Shown: positions 12,591 through 26,574 of the stretch, in pieces | Position numbering within the stretch: the stretch's first letter is position 1 | Layout: each line of letters opens with the position of its first letter | Assembly: GCA_030704615.1 (NCBI GenBank) | Contig: CM060731.1 | Span: forward strand, 6,448,001 to 6,512,000 | Origin: Takakia lepidozioides | Lineage: Eukaryota > Plantae > Bryophyta | Length of the DNA stretch: 64,000 nucleotides | Direction of reading: 5' to 3' | Program-made: the position numbers and the translations under genes | Notes under the pieces: model-generated | Seen by the model: the letters and a program-made list of their open reading frames with translations, nothing else | The model's database searches: none | What the model was told of the DNA's origin: nothing

Positions 12591-12849
12591 ATTTTTTTTA
12601 ATTCCATCTTTTCTTGTAGCCTGGATTTCTTTTCTTTTCATGTTTTCTCATCTCTTATACAACTTCTCCTCCTAATTTTAATCTGGTATTTCAAATATCA
12701 ATTGTACAGGTCAAGCCACTTATTTTCTACGTACAAATTTAAAGTTCAGATTGCATAGAATATTGCAAGAGAGGATATTTCTTTTGATTTTTGAAGAGTA
12801 TTTTTTTTTTTTTTGATTCGGAACTCAATTGAAATATCAACGTATATGC

Positions 12850-13170
12850 AAAATGTATCTTTAGCATGGCTTGAACTCCCTTGTTTGTGCAAGGAAGAAA
12901 GGATGGTGGTGGATATCAAATGGTAGTGTTGACCCGAGCTTGTTGAACTCATAGCATTAATCTGTTAAAGCTCATGTAAAGATTCATGATAATATCTGTA
13001 GGATATCTCTCTCCATAGTCTTTGCATAGCATCAAGAAAAACTTTCTCAACATTTGACCCAGCTCTAGAAGCAAAATAGCTTCAAGCTGGGAGAAGTGTC
13101 CATGTTTTGGTGCTACCTCCAGCATTGAACCAAACAATGCACCAGTTCTCATTTTGAGCACTGGGATTAC
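12850..13170 (-). pseudogene. Highly degenerate PPR-gene fragment
   Basis: Weak PPR-like phrases (MLEVAPKHGH...EAILLL...QML); frameshifted. Confidence 0.3.
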
Positions 13171-14555
13171 AAGAATTTTTCTCTACACAGTCCCCACTTA
13201 GCTCGGTTTGAAGAAAGGTGTGAATACCCTAGGGTTGGATTGAACATGGACTACCACATGCGATGCTGGAAGTGATGGCAAATTTTGAATATGTGTGTGA
13301 AGATCAGTGGCAGATGGGGACACTCTAACTCTAGAAATTGAAAACCTAGGTTTTTTTCTGTTGTTGCCGCTTATCAACATTGATCTCACAACGATCAATA
13401 TTGAGATCAAAGGAAGGTTGACATGCAGGAATTAGATCAACATAGCCAGACTCTAGACCCTGCATCAAGCATAGCCCATAATGAATCCACCATGGGAAGA
13501 GCAACAGGAAAAATCAAAATCTCTCACATAACGTTTACATGTCCGTACAACCCACAAACCCTATCACCCACACACTCAACAGAGATGCCCAGGGAGCTCT
13601 TGTGGGCAAAGAGAGAATGTACTCATAACTTGCCATTTATACCCTTGTAGCAGGGAGAGAGAGAGAAAGAGAGAGCAACTTCAGCATAAGAACCACATCT
13701 CTCCAACAGTTACAGATATGTACACATGATATCTGAATCCCTAATCATCCAAATTGGAAAGGAATCCTTGACATAATCAAGCATGGAGAATCCAATCTGC
13801 AAACATTTGATGCACCCGTACCAGAGTTATTGCCATACATTGCTTTGCAATCAAGACTGGTAGAACAAACATGGTCATATACAATTTTCCTTGTATTGTT
13901 CAACTCGGGATATGACATGGATCTCATAAAACGGGATCGCAGGTGGAATACCTCATATGAGAGTCTCATCAAGCATGCCTGCCAACTCTGTAAAAAATTG
14001 GTGAATCTGTACAATCTGTGCAAAGCACACTAATACAACATTCCTAGTGGATTGGAACATTTGATGAGGGTGATGGCTCTCACGAAATACTACACACCCT
14101 GTGTCACGAAGTCTCCCAGCCTTCATTATTGAAGACCGGGTCTACTACAGAAGTGAAAAGAGTCAACCCTCCCAAGTGAGGCTCTCTTGCAGAAAACCTA
14201 GAGACAGATGGCTTCTGCAACCTATCACTGCCACTACTTTAACTTCCAATTTGAGCTCAGTTTTGAGCAGGCACCATAAACCTAAAAATATTCCAACTGG
14301 GTCATTTGCAAAAGCTCGGTGTAGATCATGCTGCCCTGCCCGTCTTTGAAGACGGTGCCACTGTGGGGCACCACACTACATCACAAATATTTGAAGTGTA
14401 CAGTGCAAAATACCAGAGCACATGGTGGCCAATTCAAGAGATTACTCTACACTGGGCTTTTGGCGTCCCAAAACCATTTTGCAGTGTCCCATTCACTTTA
14501 GCCAAAGGCACAACAACACTGACAACCATTGAAGAAGAGAGATCTTCGCCCGGTA

Positions 14556-17386
14556 TTAGCGGTAGTAGTCGTCAGCAACACCATCCGCATGCATATCCAT
14601 ACTCGCATCACTTTCACCAAACAAGTGTGCATCTCTGCCTTGCTGTTGCTGCTGCAGAGGTGGATGAAAGCCAAACCCAGCAGTGGCTGTTGTATCATGA
14701 TAATGTGGAGCAGCAGACTCTTGCTGCTCCTCCCGAACTGCCTCAACATGGTGCTCGGAACCAACACCCGGCCTTCTGCCAGAGTGGCCACTACTAGTCA
14801 GTGATCCATACCCCATACCGAAGGGGGGCAGGCATCGCCGATTGGGACTGGAGAGGGCACCAGTAAAGACTGAAATCTTACTTTGGTCCAGGGGAGCAGT
14901 CGCTGCTTCTGCAGCTGTTCGCCCTGGCCCAGGGTAGCCCACAACGCCTGCTGGACCTGTCGCTACCAGCTGCTGCTGCTGATGCTGAAACTGAGGTCCT
15001 GGTGACATGGTCATCTCATCTCCACTGACCCCATCAAGCTCATTCTGCAAAGACCTCAAACCCACAACACTGAACAGGCCTTGAAAGTTGGGAAAGGGTC
15101 CGTACATGATCACGGTGTGGCAAGCAAATATCGACAGTAGTGTCTGGCCCATGGAAACATCAGACTTTGCTACCAGAGCTAGCACGCACTCTAATCATAT
15201 GCCAATTGGAAGAAATAACAGACCCACAAAAACAAGACGTGATGAGGATCTCTTGCAAACTATGAGGCGACGTATCTAGATCAGATCTCTCAGAAATTTG
15301 TGAGAAAAACCTGAAGATAACTCAAAATCTCTGCTACTGAAATATTGGACCCAGCTTGGTGCTCTCTCAGCAACCTTTGATAGAGCTTCTCCTGTTACAT
15401 AAACGCAATCACAAAAACCTTAGAAGGACCCAACACACAGGTAGAAAATGGTGCAATATTAAGGAACCAAATTACAAATATTTGACCCCTATCTTACAAT
15501 AAAACAGAAGAAGGGAACTCAAAAAGCTTTGAAAGCTACCAGAACTGTAGACAACTTAAAGCCAATTTTGCAAGCACTGATAAGAGGAGAGAAAAAGACA
15601 AAAACCGACTCTGGCCACTCATTAAACAGCACAATCAAACGGCCTCCAGTGGCAATAGGGTGCTCTCCTGATAGAACAGATTCAGGGGTTAAGGGACCAA
15701 ATTTAATATGCTGTCCCTGCAAGTTGATGGTTATGGCATAAAAGACATCTGGATAACCCTTGCCATATTTCACCCCAGGTCAGACCCATAATCAAACACT
15801 CTGTACCTGAACAGAGAACTCCAACATGACCCTCAAGCCACCACTAACCATCAAAATGCCCAGATTTTGAGGACGACATCACCACTTGTACTTCACATTT
15901 GGGTGAGCTCTCGTGAGCTCATTTAACAGCAATTCTAATTGATATTCCCAAATTATGATGAGGGCATCTGTGTTAGGGTTCAAATGAAGGTCTGGCCATA
16001 TTGAACTCTAATCCCTTGCATTTTTGGATCTACAGCATTTCAACATCAGCTCCAGGTATTTGGTTGGATTCTGGCATGATGGTCTTCTATTGGTTAGAAT
16101 GTTCTTATGAACTCCAGCTGAAACATATACACTTAGATGGCATACTTCGGCTCAAATGAAAGCTGTCAGCAAAGGCTTCCAGCCACTGCAACTCTTATCC
16201 AGAAACTCGTATAGAGTTATGTGTGTTGGCGCGCAAGCTGTCATGCGTGCACATGGAGTTCCTGGTTACCAGAAGCTTCTACAACTAAACGTCCAAAAAC
16301 ATTGTCGATCACACCTCTGAACTGTGTGCGCCAACGCACTCAGTTTCCAGGTTAGACTTAATGTGATTCTCAGAACTCATTTAAGGTGCCTCAAATACAG
16401 GAAAAAGGAAGAAAAGTGTGTAGTCTCACCCACATCGGATATGACTGTAACCAGATGCAGATGAAACTCAACACCAAATTAGGTCACAGAAGACAAGGGA
16501 AAAAATGTCTACTCCCACAACACCATCTTCTCTGTCCATGGATACCAATTAACCTCAGCCAGCTCCCAACTCGTGCTGGATTCTTGAAGGTGATCAATAG
16601 ATAAAACTCCTTGCTAAGACCACCCTGTCACTCAAAATCTGTCCTCGAGGAAGGTTCAGAGAGGTCTCCCGGAGAGACACATTGAGGTTGATCTAATGTC
16701 TCGATGATCTGACAATTACAACGATTGCTAATCCAATATTCAAGACCAAGAGCAAAAGACGTTAGGTTACAATCTGTCACCATGCCCATACTGAGGAATA
16801 GTGTAAAAAGATGACTTCTTCCATTGGCAGACAATACCGCTAGGGTGACATCCTACACCTGACATGTTCTTGGAGAGTACCAACACAACCTACTGACTAC
16901 CTCTATTATCTTTTTCATGGATACCATACTCACAGCCCCTAAGACGTATCCATTTCCCATAAAAATGCCAAAATCCCCAAAATCCAGATCGATTGCAGAG
17001 GTACCAAACCACTGCATCACCATGTTCCCCCTAGGCATCACCCCACTGTGTAACTCATAGTATCTCGAGGCAAGTGAAAAAAATGACGTCAGAACTTGCA
17101 AAAGCGATGAATGCTCAAGGCTCGACTGAAGCAGGACTAAGAGAATTACACAGTAGACCATGTTTCACTGCCCATTCCTCGCCTCATCCCCCCTATATGA
17201 AGAAACATTCCGTTGAAATCTTCTTACCACGCTGTGACGCTCCCCTGCTTGGAATGCAAGCTTCTGTTGATGCTGCGCCTGCGTGTACAGTTGAGATATG
17301 GAGTTTGCAGCCGTGCAGAAAGATGTGTAGAGGGTTCTTTCAACCTCATCAAGCCCTGCGTTTTCAGATTTCCTCTTCTTTGCCAT
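14556..17386 (-). CDS. HAPSTR1/C16orf72-like conserved plant protein; exons 17386-17228, 15391-15311, 15044-14556
   Basis: MAKKRKS...LDEVERTLYTSFCTAANSISQLYTQ...AFQAGERHSV | EKLYQRLLREHQAGSNISVAEILSYLQ | NELD...VFTGALSSPNRR...DASMDMHAD. Canonical GT-AG phase-0 introns and an open frame. Confidence 0.88.
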
Positions 17387-18754
17387 GTTCGCACTCAATC
17401 ACTTTGAGCCGACCGAACGTATAACCGACGAGACCTCTGTAGCTCTTCACATGCGGAGCTTACTCCGACAAAACATTTACTCTTACGAGCAGAAAATCAC
17501 ATATCGCAAAACATCCTGCGATAAAGAGGATGCTTTGAAAAACGATAACAAAGCGGCAACTAGATGGGGCAAGACTGATCCAAGCCGGAAACCGCAAGAA
17601 CAAACACTGAAAGAAAAGATAACCGACCCACGCAGAAGACTGCCAAAGACTGAGGCCCGCTCTCAAATAAGAGAAATCCAAGGTCAGCAACACAGCAAAG
17701 CCGGGCAAGGCAGAGAGTGCGTGCCTCGGGCAGTGGACAGAGAAGCTGGTAGAGCTAGGGGGTGCCAACATATGTACAAAGCAAAACCCCGGAATGTGGA
17801 GCTGTCTCCCGATCTTGCCCACCACTATCCATCTAGGTCTTGCTCCTGCAAGCAGTGCCTAGTGGCATCATGCCCTAGCACCGCCCGCATCGCTGATGGC
17901 ATCCTTGACAGATGCGACGCTCTGGCCACAGCGTCCGCCCATACCCACCCTCCACGCACCACAAACCCTAGTTACCATACCCTACCGTCTCCTCCTTCCC
18001 TTTTCATCCCTTCCTCTCCCTTCGTCCTCTTCACTTTCCTCCGCGCCTGTTTGCGTTTTCTTTTTCGGGACTAGACGACATTAATTTGTTACTGGAATGT
18101 GAGCACTGAACAACCTTCCAGGAGGTAACCTATTCATTGCAATATTCACGAACAACCTAAAGTTCCAAGGGGTGGTGAAACCTAATTATTTCTGTTTCTG
18201 TTTTCTGTTTTCTGTTTTTTGTTTTTTTAAAGAACAGGGGACAGAGGCCCTGGAGTTGAAAGGGGCAGAGAGGAGGAAAAAATAAATAAATAAATTTTTG
18301 TTTTGTATCAAGCGGCTAGTCGCGTAATGGCTCCACTCTGAGAGGAGAATATTCATTTGAAATGTTATATTGAAATTAGATAGATAGATAGATAGATATA
18401 TATAACAATGGGCAGAGACCAAAGACCCTGGAAAAACTTTAATTTTTTTTAGATAAAATAAAAAGTAAATACAAAGCAAATGCCCTATAATAGAGAATAG
18501 AATTGGACCGTAAGAACCTAAGCATCATTCAATTTTGATATTAAAATATCTGTTATGTGAAAATATGATAATAACCAGCTTACTGTATTACAGTTTATTG
18601 ACAACTTTGGCAATTGAACATACAATAATCATCAAATCCTCCCATAAATTTTATATTTGATCTTTTTCAAAATATAACAATGACTTGCCTAAATGAACAT
18701 GTACCATAAGAGCAAAAATATAAATATTAATGTATGATAAACTGATCTTTCAAT

Positions 18755-19050
18755 TTACTGAATTACTGAAATATTGAGATATTTGTTGAAATGAAATACT
18801 TGAAATACTTGTCAAAGAAATAGCTGAAATATTGAAATACTTGTTGAAAATCGGGCTGAAAAACACTAAATACTTGCCTGACATACTGAATACTGGCTGA
18901 AATACTTGCTGAGGAACTGGGCTAACATACTGAAATACTAGCTGAAATACTCGGTTGATATTGAAATACTTGATTGGCTGACATACCTGAAATACTGAAA
19001 TTTTAATGGACTGAAATATTGAGACAAATGCAGGTAATCTGAATCAACTG
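18755..19050. repeat. Degenerate CTGAAATACT(TG) minisatellite
   Basis: Many imperfect copies of (C/T)TGAAATA(C/T)T. Confidence 0.6.
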
Positions 19051-19160
19051 AAAGGCCTCCTTGGTTTTCAGTTTGTAGAGCCTTTTGGATTGCCTTGCCT
19101 CATATGGCACTCTCACAAGCCCACAAGTGTCAGAAAAGGCAATGTCATTGGCATCTGTTA

Positions 19161-19310
19161 CTATTGGAAATGGTAACAAAAGTGATGGCCCCTGATATAT
19201 CTCAAGATTAACTCAAGGGACTAACACTCGCTCGTCTATTGGAAATGGTAACAAAAGTGATGGCCCCTGATATATCTCAAGATTAACTCAAGGGACTAAC
19301 ACTCGCTCGT
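19161..19310. repeat. Exact 75-bp tandem duplication
   Basis: CTATTGGAAATGG...CACTCGCTCGT at 19161-19235 and 19236-19310. Confidence 0.95.
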
Positions 19311-19385
19311 CTATGGGGGATGCATTTCTTGTATTGTAATCTGGTCATATTGTTGGTAGACAACATTATAGACATGTAATTTCAA

Positions 19386-21051
19386 GGCAAGTAATAGAAG
19401 AGGCCCGGGAGTTGAATGCGCCCGGGCCCGGTAAGCGGACGTGGCTCGCCGCGCCCCCCTAGTCTGGCGCCGCGGATAAATTCGGGCATGTTCTAATGTA
19501 GAAGCAGGCAGCCCAGTGGTGTGATCGATCTTACATGAAAGCGGAGGATCTAGGGTTGAACTTGAACAGTTCTGCAACTGAGGCTTTTTGCGCTGCTACT
19601 TCAAAAAAAATCTAAGTCCTGAGTCAATGCCCATCTTCACGCATAGTCATACATGTATGGAAATACATGAGAAATACATGGTCATGCATGTGGGGTCTCA
19701 GGTTCGGGTACCAATTAGTGTATGATGTCAGATAATACTAGAGTTTTTGTTTGACTTTGCAACTTCAAAAAAGTTCCAAGTTTAAATGCTCATCTTCCAT
19801 AGTCGTACATGAGAAATAAATGGTCATGCATGGAAATACATCAGTTGTCTTCCGAGAGAAGTCTTGCATGGACACACATCACATCGTATGTCTGTATGTA
19901 TGTATGACTTATGTGTGACTGTGCATGAAAATAACACCAGATGTCATGTATTCCATGTATGACTCATGCAATTTTATTTTTCAAGTAATAAGAATAAAAG
20001 AATTCTATTAGTAGAGATATTAAGATTTCATACTCATCATCTCATTCATTGTTATATGAACCCACGACCTCATGACTTGTATGCATAGAAATAGAGTTTT
20101 AATAATGCATGAAAATACATGACAAGTTTGATGCATTGTCATACATATGCCACAAGAAATGTGCATGAATGAGACATGACATCATATATGTACGACTATG
20201 CTAATAGATATGACAATGCATTCAAATCATGTATGACTTTGCAACGATTGAAAATAAAAAGAATGATATTAGTATAGATATGAAGATTCATAGTCACCAT
20301 CTCATCCATTGTAAATTGAACCCGTGAGTTCACGATTTTTATGCATAGAGATAAAGTATTGATACTGCATGGAAATACATGGTTTGAAGTATGATATACT
20401 TGTCATACATAATTATAATATATACCATTCAAGACTTGTGCATGAAGACAGCTCATGTATTCATGCCTGACCATACATTTTCTCTTGTATGACTATTTTC
20501 GAAGATGGTCATCCAAGTATAGTCACCATGTAACTACATTAGCAGGGACTTACAATTTTTTTGAAGTAGCAAAATTACAAAGATTGGGAGCTTATCGGGA
20601 ACATGCATGTCCATATATTTCTCATGTATTTGCATAATACATGAGATTTGAAAGTATTTCAACTTGAGACCGGGCCCACAACCCTATATTTCTCATATAT
20701 TTCCATACATGGGCATCGACTCAGGACTTAGAATTTTCTTGAAGTAGTAGCGCAAAAAGCCTCAGTTGCAGAACTGTTCAAGTTCGACCCTGGAACCTCC
20801 GCTTTCAGGTAAAATCGATCGCACCACTAGGCTGCGTGCTTCTACATTAGAGTAGGCCCGAATTTAATGTTAGTTATACAGAAAAAGGGAATCTAGACTG
20901 CGTGGGGCCTACCACAACATGGGCGTAGTCGCGGTGACCACGCGGATCTGAGGCGCCAGACTAGGGGGGCGCGGCTGCGGGTGGGTGGCGGGCCACGTAC
21001 GCTTATCAGGCCCGGGCGCATTCAACTCCCGGGCCTCTTCTATTACTTGCC
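19386..21051. mobile_element. Non-autonomous foldback/MITE-like DNA transposon with long (~300 bp) inverted repeats, possibly PIF/Harbinger-type
   Basis: GGCAAGTAATAGAAGAGGCCCGGGAGTTGAATGCG... mirrored at 21051; inverted homology 19386-19680 vs 20690-21051; flanks CAA / TAA; AT-rich non-coding core. Confidence 0.78.
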
Positions 21052-22096
21052 TAATGTCAATAGGATTATGGGAGCTGAGGCAACTTTTCCCAGAAGTATA
21101 AGGCACCGCCGAGACATTCTATTAGAGCATGCTATGAGCTTTCTCAATAGCCATGAAAATTTACTGCTTTGCTCACCCTTTTCTTTTCCAACCTGTAGGT
21201 CCCCCCATCCAGCCTCTCTATGCTTTTCTTCTTGCATTTGTAGCTCCTTCCACGTTTGGATTGCCACTATCCTTCGTAGCTGCTCTCTTGCCTTCCCTCT
21301 TTGCTTGAGTCTAATCAGTTTGTTTGTCTTGGCAGCTTCGTGGCCATGGTTTCCTTGCTTCTTTGCTACCCTCTTGACTGCCCACCATCTGTGACTGCCC
21401 ACTTTCTTGTATCCCACTGGCCAGCCTTGGTGTATATTCAGATGCGAGATACCACAAGTATTTGCTGCACAAATTGACCATTGGTATGGTAACCCAGCTC
21501 CAATTCCTTACTGCCCAACAGGTGTCTCTTCCAGTCCTTGCCTCAGCCTTTTGACTTTCTATTTCTAACTTCCATGTTGCCTCGTTTTCCTGTTGCACCT
21601 TTGCCTGGCCTTCTTGACTCCACTCCTTGGCCTCTTCCCATCGCTTTCTAACAACCCCAGGTATGTACACTGATATGATATACCAGAGATACTTCCAGAA
21701 GAGTATCGTTATATTGATGATGTTTCTCTCTATGTTACCAGACCCCTTCCTAGCAGTAGAAGTACCCTTGTTATACTTCATCACTCCCCTCTTTTTGCTG
21801 TACTTCTTTAGGTTTTGCAATTTGCTCCATGCTTGGACAGTCGCCCTTCTCCTCAGTTGATCCCTTCGCCTTCTCTTCCTGACCTTGATCAAGCTGCCAT
21901 TGCCCAAAACAGCTCCTTTTGTTGTGCTCCTCCTTCTGTGTTCATCCTTTGTTGCCGGTTCCCTTTTGTGGTACCATTGCTTGGCACCCTCAACCATGTG
22001 TTGTTGTTCAAGTGCGCTTTGCCTTCCAATTTCCATATCCTTCCTGAAGAACATAAGTTCATCTTCACCATTTTTTACCCTAACTTGCTGCTTCAC

Positions 22097-23026
22097 TTAT
22101 TTTGTTAAAGCTTCTAGCACTCCCTCTTGGTCTCTTTCTTTCTGCACAGCCAAGAAAGACTCTTCATACACCAAGATTCCTGGCTTCCATACCTGACTTG
22201 CTGAAAGCTTGCACTCCCTCTTCCTCAGGTTTGAACACTCCATGACCCCATCGCTCACCATTTGACCTTCTAGTGCTGTATCTTCCAAGGGCTGCTTCTG
22301 TATTCTTTTAGATGTCATGCCATGCCCTTTGCTTAGCAATAGTGCCATTGTCTCCCTTCTAGACATCATTTTTACAAGTCCCTGCTTGCCTTCTACTACA
22401 GGTACTTGGGTAAAAGGTGGCAAGCAGTCAAGCTCACCAATGCTGTCCTGACCATCTGAGATCACCAAGTTGCTGCAATTTTTCTTCTCCACATCATCAT
22501 CATCATGCTCCATGATCAAGCCATCATCACCTGCCTCTTCATGCTGAACCAAGGTTGGCTTTACTCCCAATTTTTGATTAATCCAATCTTCGAACTTTGG
22601 ATCATTCATAGTTGGACTCATGTCTTCTGTGCAACTCGACTCAACTTGACATGGGCAATTCACCACCGTCTCTTCCATGGAAACATCAGGCTTGTTCAAC
22701 AAGTTGACTGCCCTTTCAGGATAGTGATCTTCCTCCTCCTCTATCCTAGCCACTGCTAAACTGAGTTCTGCTGACTCCATTCCACTGAACTTCCTCAACA
22801 AACCTATCCGCATTTCTTTCCAGTTTGCAGGTCTAGGTCTTTGCTTGTTGTACCAACTATCGGCTCTTCCAAAGAGACTGAGCCTTGCTACTTGGAACAG
22901 CCTCTCCCTACGTATATTTGCAATGTCAGTAGCCATTTGCAACCTCTTAATCCAGACCACGACATCTTCAGCTTGTGTTCCATGAAATGGAACATCTACT
23001 CCAGCAGGGCTGGTTGTGTGCGTCAT
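22097..23026 (-). pseudogene. gag: Retrotransposon Gag-like ORF
   Basis: FHGTQAEDVVVWIKRL...ARLSLFGRADSWY...NWKEMRIGLLRKF is a typical retrotransposon capsid motif; the frame continues after a stop into 21311-22096. Confidence 0.78.
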
Positions 23027-23818
23027 AGTGTTAGTTAGAACTGACCTTCGCTTTGGAGTGCTTCTCCCTGTGTATGTCTTCTCAGTGACTACCTTCTTCA
23101 GCTTGCAAGTTACTCCTTGTAATGTCTCAGCCTCTGCCTGAATTATAGCTCTTCCTGATTATTGTCTCCTTGTCCTGTGCCCACTTCTTGCAGGTACTAG
23201 TTTGTTTGGAAGGTCTGGTGCTTTCACCAAATTACTCCTTCACGCCCAGCCGCGTCCTCAATAGTTTTAAATGTCTCCTTCTTCATTGGAGTTACAAGTA
23301 CCTCTGTTTTCAAGGCCTATTGGGTGTGAACTGATCTTGTGGAAGCTTCTTGGATGTTAACACTTCAGACTCTCCCCCTTTTGCTAGTCTCCTCTTCCAA
23401 ATATGGATCACATACAGTTTCTAAATTTTAGGAATGCTTACTCCTTGGTCAGCAGGTGAAACATGTTGTTGAGTTTCTCCAGCAATCTGAGAATGACCTT
23501 CATCACCGACACCTCCTTCCTCTTTGTCCTGACTTCACAATGAAAATGATGAAGGTACTTTGTCTCTTACCTCTCCTTCCTTCCTTTCCGAAGTGAGTTC
23601 TCTGTTTGTTGTTGTTAGCTCCATGTCTGTCTTGACTGCCAAGCATAGTTTCTTCAGACCAGCCTCACCACCTGTTCTTATGGCTCCTTGATGATCTTTT
23701 AGCTTGCTATTTGAAGCCACCTTCAGCTCTAATTTCTTTCACAGACCAGCCTCAAACTCCAACGACTTCGGGTATAATCTGAACTCATGATGCGACCTGT
23801 TTCTTCGTCCTGAGAACC

Positions 23819-23834
23819 AACCGCTCTGATACCA
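23819..23834 (-). promoter_or_regulatory. Primer-binding site for initiator tRNA-Met
   Basis: TGGTATCAGAGCGGTT immediately 3' of the LTR on the minus strand. Confidence 0.9.
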
Positions 23835-25021
23835 AAAAGAAGGGCCTACCTAAAGGTTCACTCTATCTTGTCTTACCCTTTTACACCGGATAGAATGCTG
23901 CCGCAACGGAAGAGAAGACAACATCCTTCTCCTTGGGATATCTCTACTCTAGCACTCATGTTTTCTGTGTGCTATCCCACATAACTTAGTTTGGAAGAAC
24001 TACTATCCACCAATAGGGGCAGTGGCACTACAACAAATTGATCCCTCACTATCTATATGGCTCAACTGACTTACTCTAGTTTTCTGTTTTGCAGTTGGAT
24101 ATTGTCTGGACTAACCTTCAGGCTAACTAAGTGCTCTCAAGATCTTGGTTGTCATTGCCATGTCTAACTCTGGTTCTGCACTATGCTATCATTCCAGCCA
24201 TCAAACAAACAAGAGTTCTATCTTTCATGCATTGCTAAATTTTGATTCTATTCTATGGTTAAACACACTCATTATTCCACACTAGTTCCAAGTACCAACT
24301 ATGTCTGATCACAAATGCCCACTCCACTTTGCTCCATATCACGTTGCATCCATCTCTCCAAGAGGCCTCACGCTCCCAAAAGCTCCAATGTCAAAAATGA
24401 GTTGTCTCTCTCACCATCCCAGCCTAAATCCTACCCAACCACCTCCCCTCCTCCGGGAAGTCAGCTGGCAGCCCTTAATGCATCCCATGGTGCCATGTGA
24501 TCCCTTACTAAAAACTGATTTGGCCAGCCTGCGGGTGTTATCCCTTTCTCATCTAGCCAACATAAGACAAAATCACTTTTAACCTACCCTTAATTCATCC
24601 AGCAAGCAGCTATAACTCCGTGGATGAAGTATGACAATTCATCCATTCAGTGCCCACATCCCTCCACTTTGTCATTTCCCTTAAAACTCAATGAATGAAA
24701 TTTCCACTACCCCCATCCATTCATCCATGGGATCACTTTAATGAATTATGTTGGATGATTGTTGCACATCCCCACTTCATCCATTACTTCATTCATCTCT
24801 CTTGTCAAGCCGACATGCCTATTCCGACCGTATCCCTTGTCTGAAAATCCTGCCGACACACGCCTTTTACCCACACAACCTTTCAGCGACCCACCGCCTT
24901 CCCTTTGAAGCTCGCCCCCATTTATATCCTCCACGGGTGTCTGAATCTGGGCAATCGATATGGGATAAATCATGCCCAATCAGATTGCGCCAAGTATATT
25001 CCACCACCTGCTTTTAACGCC

Positions 25022-25123
25022 AGAGAACGGGCCGTGTATGGCCGACTCTGCCCTGTGCGCGGCCATAGGGCTCGCCCAAGGGCCGCTTACAGGGCAGAAT
25101 CGGCCCTACACGGCCCGTTCTCT
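25022..25123. repeat. About 100-bp near-perfect hairpin (mini-MITE-like)
   Basis: AGAGAACGGGCCGTGTA...GGGC TC GCCC...TACACGGCCCGTTCTCT, arms of about 50 bp. Confidence 0.8.
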
Positions 25124-26574
25124 AGTACGTTAGCGAGAGTGGAAATATCATAGCCGTGTTGAACCTTTGCATCTTAGGGCAGCAGACTTGGAACTCACAT
25201 GTCGAATGAGAGATTCTGGAGAGTGTTCGATTGAGTATCACACTATTTCTGCGGAAGGAGAGATAAAGTAGCGGGTGAACCTTAGATGCGGGAAATGGAT
25301 GGCTCAAGATTTTGATAACATTGGCTAATCATGTGATGACTATCATGCTGCAACTCAAGAAGGACGGTCGCTGGAATGCAAGTGAAAGCAAGAACTGACC
25401 TTGTCCAGCTGCACTTCTACCAACTATGGTCCAGTATAAGGAGTCATATGGTCTCATGTGTTCGTCATCTTTGAAGGTATGTAATGAACAACGAAATGAA
25501 CAATTGAATCGGGGTGGGCTATATATTTCTTTCTCTGATATTTGCTACTGCTCTTTAACTTGTACATTCAGAAGTTAGCAATGATCCCTTTGGCCATGCA
25601 CTTTCTTTCTACTCTATCTTGCTTTTTCCATTTTGGACATCCCATAAGCTCTTTGAGCTTTCCGGGGACGTTATTTGTCATGGTGTGTAGTGGTAGCTCT
25701 TTCTTTTGCCACAGAGGCCTAGTGGGTTTTGTGTTACTACTGGGACCTGCATCATCACCAATTTGGTACAATGTCCAGACCTCCAATGACAAGTGTACGT
25801 AGTTGTTGGCTGGGCTACTGCAATATTTATTCACAGAAATTTCATTTTGTTCTCAACTCTGGTCACATGTTGGGGCAAAGCTCGTTTTTTGAAAACCTTG
25901 TGGAGTTTCTTGTGCCAAGATTGCGAACTCTTGACTAAGGGCTGTGTATTAGTGATTGGTCGTGCAGGTGTGGCTTCTATTTACATCCTTGCAACAGCAA
26001 TTACAAGTTGGTTGATAGGCTGAAATATTATCGTTCTAATGCGTATACCATGAAGTGACACCCAACATGGGAAGGTAGCCCTACAACACTGTCAGTGGCA
26101 TGAGTGAAAGGGAAGATGCAATAATAGGCTACAATAACATAACATATGGGTTTTGGATGTTTGTCCAGGAAAGAACACTGGTGGCAAGGTGTGAGTTACA
26201 GAGTGTGGCTGAAGTCAAGGGCCAGGAGGTTCTCTTGACTGTACTCTGAATGAGTTTGACTCTAGGATTACTGGAGTTGACTGGCATTGCTAGTTAAGTG
26301 TGTCAGCAAATTGAATGACCTTCACTGGAGTCATGTCTAGGGAAGACCACTTTGGTCAGGTGTCTCATGAGTAGCTGTGGTACTCTCTTTTTCTCCCTCT
26401 CTGTCTCTTATGAAGCTATGGCGGGGTCTACTACCATAAGGCTATGACAAGCCATCGTTCAAGAAATGGCCTTTGTACATTCTTATGAACTTGTGGTAAA
26501 TAATCTATTGCTCACTTGTGTGCACACATATGAAGTATTAAGTGATAGGGATTTTGGCGGATGTGGGAATTGCA

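Larger units (their letters stand above)
21053..24875 (-). mobile_element. Ty3/Gypsy-like LTR retrotransposon 5' part (family L1): 5' LTR 24875-23835, PBS, gag
   Basis: LTR homologous to 52128-53173; PBS and gag-like ORF downstream; truncated at the MITE. Confidence 0.85.

Noticed and set aside
14556-17386. 'Holocarboxylase synthetase' label often attached to this plant family
   Set aside because: No biotin-ligase motifs and too short; sequence fits the HAPSTR1/C16orf72-like family
17385-18074. 229-aa plus-strand ORF
   Set aside because: Antisense to the 5' UTR/promoter of the host gene, low complexity, no motif
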